From NCBI GenBank assembly GCA_947585425.1, contig CANPWZ010000001.1, positions 70,367 to 134,366 of the forward strand: a stretch of DNA of 64,000 nucleotides, written 5' to 3'. The position numbers and the translations under genes were made by a program. Shown in pieces: positions 25,959-32,310 of the stretch. The DNA comes from an uncultured Oscillospiraceae bacterium. Its GTDB lineage: Bacteria; Bacillota; Clostridia; Oscillospirales; Oscillospiraceae. Numbering within the stretch: position 1 is the stretch's first letter; each line of letters opens with the position of its first letter. Under the pieces are notes generated by a model. It worked only from the letters and a program-made list of their open reading frames with translations. It had not been told where the DNA came from and did not search any database.

Positions 25959-27059
25959 GTGAAGGTATTTGCCATCAATCCCGGCTCCACCTCCACCAAG
26001 ATCGCCCTGTTCGAGGACGATCAGAAGCTGTTTCAAAAGAACGTGGACCACGACGCCGGGGAACTCAAAAAGTTTAAAGAGATCGCCGACCAGCTCCCCT
26101 TCCGCATGGAGACCATCCTGGCGGAGGTGGAGGCGGCGGGGATCGACCTGTCCCAGGTGGACGCCTGGGCCGCCAGGGGCGGCGGACTGGTGGGCCTGGT
26201 CAGCGGCGTGTACGCCATCAACGACGTGATGCTGCGGGACGCCCGGGCCTGCGTCACCCGGCACCCCAACACCCTGGGGGTGCAGATCGCCCTGGAGCTG
26301 CAAAAGCGGTACGGCGGGGAGATGTTCTGCGTCAATCCCCCCGACGTGGACGAGCTGGACGACGTGGAGCGGATCACCGGCTTCCACGAGGTCTTTCGCC
26401 AGAGCAAGGGCCACCCCCTGAACCAGAAGGAGAACTGCATCCGCTACGCCGCCGCCCAGGGCAGACAGTATGAGGACATGAACCTCATCTGCTGCCACAT
26501 CGGCGGGGGCGTGTCGGTGGCGGCCCATCGGAAGGGGCAGCTCTGCTGCTGCAACGACGCCCTCAACGGCGACGGCCCCATGGCCCCCACCCGGGCCGGC
26601 TGGGTCCCCGCCACCGACGTGATCCGCATGAGCTTTTCCGGCAAATTCACCGAGAAGGAGCTCATCGACCGGGTGATGAAGCACGGCGGCCTGGTGGACC
26701 ACCTGGGCACCGCCGACGCCCGGGAGATCGTGGAGCGCATCCAAAAGGGCGATAAGTACGCCAAGCTGGTGTACGACGCGTTCATCCGCCAGCTGGCCAA
26801 GGCGGTGGGCGGCTGCGCCGCCGTCCTGGAGGGCAAAGTGGACGCCATCATCTTCACCGGCGGCATCGCCCACGACAAATACCTGGTGGACGAGTTGAGC
26901 CGGTACGTGGGCTGGATCGCCCCCATCTCCGTCCAGGCGGGCGAGTTCGAGATGGAGGCCCTGGCCGCCGGCGCCATCCGCGCCCTGAAGGGCGAGGAGC
27001 GCGTCAGGCAGTACACCGGGGTGCCCGTTTTCGAGAACTTCGACCACTTGAAAAGCTGA
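25959..27059 (+). CDS. Butyrate-kinase-family acyl kinase (ASKHA)
   Basis: GTG start 3 nt after the Pta/Ptb stop. Motifs KVFAINPGSTSTKIALFED, CCHIGGGVSVAAH, IIFTGGIAHDKYLV. Confidence 0.85.
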   Translation: MKVFAINPGSTSTKIALFEDDQKLFQKNVDHDAGELKKFKEIADQLPFRMETILAEVEAAGIDLSQVDAWAARGGGLVGLVSGVYAINDVMLRDARACVTRHPNTLGVQIALELQKRYGGEMFCVNPPDVDELDDVERITGFHEVFRQSKGHPLNQKENCIRYAAAQGRQYEDMNLICCHIGGGVSVAAHRKGQLCCCNDALNGDGPMAPTRAGWVPATDVIRMSFSGKFTEKELIDRVMKHGGLVDHLGTADAREIVERIQKGDKYAKLVYDAFIRQLAKAVGGCAAVLEGKVDAIIFTGGIAHDKYLVDELSRYVGWIAPISVQAGEFEMEALAAGAIRALKGEERVRQYTGVPVFENFDHLKS

Positions 27060-27097
27060 AAAAAGCGCGGGAGCCGCGAGGCTCCCGCGCTTTCATT
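27060..27097. terminator. Operon terminator AGCGCGGGAGCC-GCGA-GGCTCCCGCGCT
   Basis: 12-bp GC stem directly after the kinase stop, with an A-run upstream and TTCATT downstream. Confidence 0.8.
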
Positions 27098-27139
27098 GAA
27101 AAAATCGCTAATTCCGCGGGAATTATTAACGATTTTTTG

Positions 27140-27168
27140 TTGCATTTTCCAAACTGATATGTTACAAT
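27140..27168 (+). promoter_or_regulatory. Promoter TTGCAT - 17 nt - TACAAT for the transporter gene
   Basis: Hexamers and spacer counted directly from sequence. Confidence 0.6.
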
Positions 27169-27174
27169 GTACCC

Positions 27175-27349
27175 AGCGTATCCTGATGTCCCGGAGTTGA
27201 GAAAGAGAGCCGCGCCCCTTTGCGGCGGGTTTTCGGGAGTGAGGAGCGAAAAAAGGAGAGGAGAGCGCAAACAGTCCGGGGCGGCTCTGCCGCCGGTCCT
27301 TGGAGAGGGACCTGAAAAACTACTACACTACTTATCAGAGGTGTTATTC
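27175..27349 (+). promoter_or_regulatory. Structured 5' leader of about 175 nt of the MFS transporter (class unknown)
   Basis: Nested helices: TCCCG (27198-27202) / CGGGA (27233-27237) enclosing CCGC/GCGG; CCGG(G)GCGGC/GCCGCCGG hairpin at 27275-27295; GGTCC-N8-GGACC hairpin at 27295-27312. Purine-rich tract at 27235-27266. No ATG-initiated ORF after the predicted TSS. Confidence 0.35.
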
Positions 27350-28696
27350 ATGCAGCAAAAGACCAAACTTGGCATCAACTTTGGCTTCCGCGGCTGGATG
27401 CTGATGATCTTTGAGATCTCGGCGTTCCTGGTGTTCCAGGCGTTCACCAACTTCCCGATGAACATGCTGGCGGGCTATTACACCCACCTGGATGACGCGG
27501 TGGCCGGCCAGCAGCTGGCTCCCATCATGACCATCGGTACCCTGGTGGGCATCGTGATCCAGCTGGTGCTGTCCAACTTCCTGGGCAAGATGAAGAGCGT
27601 GAAGCCCATGGTCCTGGGCTTCGGCGTGCTCACCCTGCTGTCCGCCCTGGGCGTGGCCGCCCTGCCCTACGGCACCCCCTGGAAGATCTGCTACTTCCTG
27701 GTGTCCGTGTTCTCCAACATCTACGGCATGTTCGGCATCGGCATCCTGATCGGCCAGTGGTTCCCCACCCGCAAGGGCGTGTTCATGGGCATCGCCACCT
27801 TCGCGTTCCCCGTGTGCAACGGTCTGATGGGCCCCTTCGCCGCTCTGGTGTTCCCCGCCAACGCCGCCCCCAACCCCTTCATGGGCTTCCTGCCCTTCCT
27901 GATCGTGGGCGTCATCGGCTGGGTCCTGGGCCTCATCTTCATCTCCGACTATCCTGAGCAGGTCGGCTGCTTCCGCGACAACGACAAGTCCTTCACCAAG
28001 GAGAAGGCCGACGCCATGCTGGCCGAGGAGATCGAGAACAAGAAGACCACCGTGTGGAAGCTCCCCAACACCCTGAAGTGCAGCCAGTTCTGGCTGATCA
28101 CCATCCCCATGGGCACCCTGCTGATGTGCTCCGTGGGTATGATGACCCAGACCCAGGCCATCATCGGCGCTTATGAGCTGAACTTCGGCCAGGTCATGGG
28201 CATGGTCATGATCTTCGCCCTCATCGGCTCCTATGTCCTGGGCCTGATCGACGGCAAGTTCGGCACCAAGACCGCCATCCTGATCTCCGAGATCATCATG
28301 CTGCTCTCCGGCATCCTGGGCGGCATCGGCAAGCCCGCCACCGCCATGATCTCCATCATCCTGCTGGCCATCTTCATGGGCGCCGGCTCCAACTTCACCG
28401 TGTCCGGCGCGGCCCAGTACTGGCGCCGTGAGGACTTCTCCACCGTGTTCGGCATCGTGAACCCCATCGCCAACATCCTGCAGTGCGTGGGTCCCACCGT
28501 GGTGGCCATGACCATCGCCATCGGCTCTCAGAACGGCCTGGGCGTGACCCTGCCCTTCTGGGTGACCGCCGTCATCGCCCTGATCTCCGTCATCCTGGTC
28601 GCCGCGTTCCAGCCCAGCAAGGTCAAGGCCGCTGACGACAAGTACCGTCAGGCCGCCGGCAAGCCCCTGGACGACGCTCTGGTGGGCCGCAAGTAA
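27350..28696 (+). CDS. MFS transporter (about 448 aa, about 12 TM; oxalate/formate-antiporter-like organisation)
   Basis: Start at MQQKTKLGINFGFRGW after SD GAGGTG. Uniformly hydrophobic with two 6-TM halves separated by a charged loop (DKSFTKEKADAMLAEEIENKK). Confidence 0.75.
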   Translation: MQQKTKLGINFGFRGWMLMIFEISAFLVFQAFTNFPMNMLAGYYTHLDDAVAGQQLAPIMTIGTLVGIVIQLVLSNFLGKMKSVKPMVLGFGVLTLLSALGVAALPYGTPWKICYFLVSVFSNIYGMFGIGILIGQWFPTRKGVFMGIATFAFPVCNGLMGPFAALVFPANAAPNPFMGFLPFLIVGVIGWVLGLIFISDYPEQVGCFRDNDKSFTKEKADAMLAEEIENKKTTVWKLPNTLKCSQFWLITIPMGTLLMCSVGMMTQTQAIIGAYELNFGQVMGMVMIFALIGSYVLGLIDGKFGTKTAILISEIIMLLSGILGGIGKPATAMISIILLAIFMGAGSNFTVSGAAQYWRREDFSTVFGIVNPIANILQCVGPTVVAMTIAIGSQNGLGVTLPFWVTAVIALISVILVAAFQPSKVKAADDKYRQAAGKPLDDALVGRK

Positions 28697-28730
28697 GACC
28701 TGCCCTACGTTTGCCTGTCATCTCTTTACA

Positions 28731-28765
28731 AGAGGCGCCGCCCGGCCGGGCGGCGCCTCTTTGTG
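28731..28765 (+). terminator. Intrinsic terminator AGAGGCGCCGCCCGG/CCGGGCGGCGCCTCT followed by TTTGTG
   Basis: 15-nt perfect inverted repeat, 35 nt after the transporter stop. Confidence 0.75.
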
Positions 28766-28796
28766 CCCGGAAGGCGCAAAAATATCCAAACGGCAG

Positions 28797-28825
28797 TTGA
28801 CATGAGGGGGACAAATTTGTATAAT
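28797..28825 (+). promoter_or_regulatory. Perfect consensus promoter TTGACA - 17 nt - TATAAT with TG immediately upstream of the -10
   Basis: Read directly from sequence. 36 nt upstream of the chalcone isomerase ATG. Confidence 0.75.
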
Positions 28826-28860
28826 TGTATCAGCACTACCATACGAAAGGAGTTTATATT

Positions 28861-29694
28861 ATGGCTTTTGAGTATCGCCCCATGCGCAGCGTCATCTTCG
28901 TGGACGTGGTCCGCGAGGAGTACCGTCACCGCCTCCAGCACTGGCTGTATTCTGTCCATGTGCCCGACAGCATCAGCAAGTTTGCCCCCTACTGCAACAA
29001 GTACACCTTCTACACCGCTCTGCCCACTCCTCCCGAGGGGGAGCGCTTCGGCACCCGCCGGATGCAGATGACCGAGCACTACTGGATGGTCAACGAGCTG
29101 ACCCCCGAGATGAGCGTCAACTCCTTCACCGAGCGGATGCCGCCCCACGTCCTCCGCTGGCAGGGCATGATCCCCGATGTGGACGGCCTGGACGACACCA
29201 ACATGGACGGCGACGAGCACCGCAGGTCCGGCGGCGGCGACACCGGCATGCCTCCCTTCGTGTTTGCCCATGTGCCCATCAACTGGCAGTATGACTACAA
29301 GGGCAAGGGCCGCACCATCGACGACGGGCCCAACTACCGCTGGCAGTTCGTGGTCCGCTGGCCCGACAAGGAGGCCGGCGAAAAGTGGTTCAACGAGGTG
29401 TTCGTGCCCTACTTCGTGGGCCGTCCCGAGGTCAACCGCTTCGTCTCCAGCGACATCTATCAGGATGTGGCCGGCTGCGCCTTCAACCGCCTGGTGGAGA
29501 TGTGGTTCGACGGGCCCGACGAGTGGTACGCCGCCGCGGTGGAGGGCACCAAGGGCATGGAAAAGCCCGCCTGGGCCCAGCAGGACCAGTTCCCCTTCCT
29601 GAAGCCCAACTTCTACATCGTCAGCATGTTCCTGTCCGACATGGCCACCAGCGACAACCTGACCCAGTACCGGGGCTATCTCCAGATGCGCTGA
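28861..29694 (+). CDS. chi: Bacterial-type chalcone isomerase (Eubacterium ramulus / Flavonifractor CHI family)
   Basis: SD GAAAGGAG. About 277 aa. Recognised from memory of the E. ramulus enzyme: N-terminal PMRSVIFVDVV...Y..RLQHWLY.VH(I/V)PDSIS.F.PY, RMQMTEHYW, and C-terminal KPAWAQQDQFPFLKP...NLTQYRGYLQMR. Needs BLAST confirmation. Confidence 0.75.
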   Translation: MAFEYRPMRSVIFVDVVREEYRHRLQHWLYSVHVPDSISKFAPYCNKYTFYTALPTPPEGERFGTRRMQMTEHYWMVNELTPEMSVNSFTERMPPHVLRWQGMIPDVDGLDDTNMDGDEHRRSGGGDTGMPPFVFAHVPINWQYDYKGKGRTIDDGPNYRWQFVVRWPDKEAGEKWFNEVFVPYFVGRPEVNRFVSSDIYQDVAGCAFNRLVEMWFDGPDEWYAAAVEGTKGMEKPAWAQQDQFPFLKPNFYIVSMFLSDMATSDNLTQYRGYLQMR

Positions 29695-29714
29695 CGCGTT
29701 TCAAAACATCCGTC

Positions 29715-29748
29715 AAAGAGCCGCCTGTCTATCGACAGGCGGCTCTTT
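29715..29748. terminator. Bidirectional terminator AAAGAGCCGCCTGTC-TATC-GACAGGCGGCTCTTT
   Basis: 15-bp stem between the convergent chi (stop at 29694) and the pseudouridine synthase gene (stop at 29754). Confidence 0.85.
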
Positions 29749-29753
29749 CGCGC

Positions 29754-30638
29754 TCATTTGAACACCCGGTTGAAGTCCCGGGGCATTTTGGCGGTGAAGG
29801 TGACGGGCTCCCCGGTGGCGGGGTGGAGGAAGGACAGCTCGTTTGCGTGGAGGCACAGCCGCCCGATGGGGTTGGTCCGGGCGCCATACTGCTTGTCCCC
29901 GGCGATGGGGCAGCCCTTCTCCTTCATGTGGACCCGGATCTGGTTCTTGCGCCCCGTGTCGATGGAGATGTCCAGCAGGGAGTACCCGTTGCCGGACTTT
30001 TTGATCTCGTAGTTGGTGATGGCCTCTTTGGCGTTGGGCCCCGGCCGGCCGGAGAAGGACAGGTGGGTCTCCGTCTCGATGAGCCAGCTATGGATGGTAT
30101 CCCGCTCCGGCTTAGGGACCCCCTCCACCACCGCCAAATAGCCCCGGCGGGTGACGATGTCGTTCCACTTGGACTGGAACAGCTCCTTGGTCTCCGGGTC
30201 CTTGGCGAACATCATCACGCCGGAGGTGTCCCGGTCCAGCCGGTGGACCACGTAGATCCGATTTTTCACGTGCCGGGTCTTGACATAGTCGGTGACGATG
30301 TGGTAGGCGGTGCGCTCCTTCTCCCGCTCATTGGCCACGGACAGCAGCTTGGCGGGCTTGTCCACCACGATCAGATGCTCGTCCTCATACAGCAGGGGGA
30401 AGGGCAGCACGTCCGTCCTGGGGGCGGAGAAGGCCAAAATGGTCACCGTCTGGCCGGGGGAGAGGGGGGCGTCGAACTGGGAGACGGGCCTGCCGTCCAC
30501 CGCCACCAGCCGCCTGGACAGCAGGGACTTGATATTGTTGCGGCTCTTGCCCTTTACGTGCTCCAGCAGGAAGGGGAGCAGGGTGGAGGGCTCCTCCACC
30601 GGGTAGTTCACGGCCTCGTGTCTGGGGTTATATTCCAT
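29754..30638 (-). CDS. RluA-family pseudouridine synthase with N-terminal S4 domain
   Basis: Catalytic HRLDRDTSGVMMFAK and an S4-like IKSLLSRRLVAVDGRPV. SD GGAGG sits 8 nt from the ATG. Confidence 0.9.
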   Translation of the reverse strand: MEYNPRHEAVNYPVEEPSTLLPFLLEHVKGKSRNNIKSLLSRRLVAVDGRPVSQFDAPLSPGQTVTILAFSAPRTDVLPFPLLYEDEHLIVVDKPAKLLSVANEREKERTAYHIVTDYVKTRHVKNRIYVVHRLDRDTSGVMMFAKDPETKELFQSKWNDIVTRRGYLAVVEGVPKPERDTIHSWLIETETHLSFSGRPGPNAKEAITNYEIKKSGNGYSLLDISIDTGRKNQIRVHMKEKGCPIAGDKQYGARTNPIGRLCLHANELSFLHPATGEPVTFTAKMPRDFNRVFK

Positions 30639-30757
30639 GCGGGGGGCCTCCTGTTCATGGTTTCGCCCCCATTATACACGAAACGGTCCGGCTTGTCATC
30701 CTTTTTTCGTGGGACAGGCAAGGGCGCGTCCCCCGCCGCATATCCTTGCCAGAGGTG

Positions 30758-31039
30758 ATGTGTGTGTCGGACAAGGAGAGCCTGCTGGAACGGGCGGCGC
30801 GGGCGTTCGACCTGCCCGCCGACGCGGTGGCGGGGGTGCCCCGCATCGAGCTTGTGGGGGACGGCGAGCTGCGCATGAGCCCCCACCGGGGCATCCTGGC
30901 CTATGGCGCGGAGGAGATCCACATCTCCGGCGGCAGGCTGGTGGTGCGGGTGGTGGGGGAGAAGCTGGAGCTGCGGGCCATGACGCCGGCGGAACTGCTG
31001 ATCACGGGGCGCATCCGGGCGGTGGAATTCGTGGGGTGA
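30758..31039 (+). CDS. yqfC: Sporulation protein YqfC
   Basis: LPADAVAGVPRIELVGDGELRMSPHRGILAYGAEEIHIS pattern and position before yqfD. Exact start uncertain (TTG 30746, ATG 30758 or GTG 30764). Confidence 0.75.
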   Translation: MCVSDKESLLERAARAFDLPADAVAGVPRIELVGDGELRMSPHRGILAYGAEEIHISGGRLVVRVVGEKLELRAMTPAELLITGRIRAVEFVG

Positions 31040-31043
31040 GGGC

Positions 31044-32291
31044 ATGGGAAAGCTGGTCAATCTGCTGCGGGGCTATGTGGAGCTGGAGGTAAACGGCGCC
31101 TTCCCGGAGCGGCTGCTGAACCTGTTTGCTCAGACGCAGACAAGGTTTTGGCGTTTACAGTGGCTGGACGATACCTCCTTTGTGTTCCGCGTTTATTATC
31201 AGGATCTGGACAAGGCGCGGGGGCTGGCGGAGCGGGCCATGTGCAGCCTCACCGAGCGGAGCCGGGGCGGCGGCGGGGTGACGGCGGTCAACCTGCTGAA
31301 GCGGTGGGGCTTCGTGGCGGGACTGTGCCTGTGCCTGCTGGCGGCCACGGTGCTGTCCCAGTTCATCTGGGTCATCGAGGTCACCGGCAACGAGACGGTG
31401 TCCACCGCCGCCATCCTGTCCCAGCTGCGGCGGGTGGGGGTATGCCCGGGGGCCTTCGGCCCCGGCATCCGCCAGCGGGAGGCCGCCAACGACGCCTTGA
31501 TGGGGCTGCCGGGGCTGTCGTACCTGGCCATCAACGTGTACGGCGCCCGGGCCGAGATCATCGTTCGGGAGGTGAACGAGCCCCCGGAGGTGACGGACGA
31601 GTCGGTCCCGGCCAATGTGGTGGCGGCGGCGGACGGCATCCTTGAGGAGATCCAGCCGGAGAGCGGCCGGGCCCTGTTTGCCGACGGGGACGTGGTGTCC
31701 CGGGGGGAGGTGCTGATCACTGGGGATATGGAGCTGTTCGAGACCGGCAGCCCCGAGTCCAAGGGCCGGCTGCTGGTGCGGGCGGCGGGGCTGGCGCGGG
31801 CCCGGACCTGGCGCACCCTGGAGGAGACCATCCCCCTCACCGCCCAGGTGAAGGAGTACACCGGGGAGGAGGTCCATCGGTACGCCCTGGAGTGTCTGGG
31901 CGGCAGATGGGAAATTTTCAAAAACAGTAGCATTTCTGACACCAGATATGATAAAATAACGGAGACGGCCCCGGTGACCCTGTTCGGGGCGGAGCTGCCG
32001 GCCCGGACGGTCATCACCACCCTGCGGGGCTACACCCTGAAAGAGGAGCCCATCGACCGGGCGGCGGCGGAGGCGGCGCTGCGGGAGCTGCTGGCATGGC
32101 GGCTGGACCGGCTCATGGCCGCCGGACAGGGCGAGGTGCTCCACACCGATTTCCTCACGCGGGTGGAGGACGGACGGCTCACCGTCACCCTGCTGGCGGA
32201 GTGCCGGGAGGACATCGGCCGCACGGTGGAGCTGCCGGGGCAGACCGGCCACCTGGAGAACGCCGCGCCATCCCCGGAGGGGACGGAATAG
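31044..32291 (+). CDS. yqfD: Sporulation protein YqfD (stage IV)
   Basis: N-terminal LLRGYVELEVNG.FPERLLN, a single TM, IEVTGNE motif, and synteny with yqfC/phoH. Confidence 0.85.
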   Translation: MGKLVNLLRGYVELEVNGAFPERLLNLFAQTQTRFWRLQWLDDTSFVFRVYYQDLDKARGLAERAMCSLTERSRGGGGVTAVNLLKRWGFVAGLCLCLLAATVLSQFIWVIEVTGNETVSTAAILSQLRRVGVCPGAFGPGIRQREAANDALMGLPGLSYLAINVYGARAEIIVREVNEPPEVTDESVPANVVAAADGILEEIQPESGRALFADGDVVSRGEVLITGDMELFETGSPESKGRLLVRAAGLARARTWRTLEETIPLTAQVKEYTGEEVHRYALECLGGRWEIFKNSSISDTRYDKITETAPVTLFGAELPARTVITTLRGYTLKEEPIDRAAAEAALRELLAWRLDRLMAAGQGEVLHTDFLTRVEDGRLTVTLLAECREDIGRTVELPGQTGHLENAAPSPEGTE

Positions 32292-32310
32292 AGAAACGAG
32301 GGATCTACCA

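Noticed and set aside
22911-27047. 1378-aa minus-strand ORF spanning the ACP-to-kinase genes. Similar giant antisense ORFs occur at 2335..3849, 5850..7157, 16183..17406, 18650..20461, 19956..22067, 33249..34847, 46984..49083, 53731..55794 and 56031..59324.
   Set aside because: Their translations are low-complexity G/A/P/R/H/V-rich strings with no motifs. Each lies exactly antisense to a + strand gene with clear family motifs and SD sites. Long stop-free antisense frames are expected in GC-rich DNA.
27215-27315. GCGGCGGGTTTTCGGGAG and GGTCCTTGGAGAGGGACC in the transporter leader, which recall conserved blocks of the ykkC/guanidine-I riboswitch.
   Set aside because: The blocks occur in the opposite order to the ykkC consensus, and the remaining conserved positions (for example CUAGGGUUCCG) are absent.
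27167-27349. In-frame N-terminal extension of the MFS ORF (MYPAYPDV...), as given in the ORF track.
   Set aside because: The ATG at 27167 lies inside the -10 hexamer of the best promoter. The extension is hydrophilic and Arg/Gly-rich, whereas the ATG at 27350 has an SD and begins the hydrophobic transporter core.
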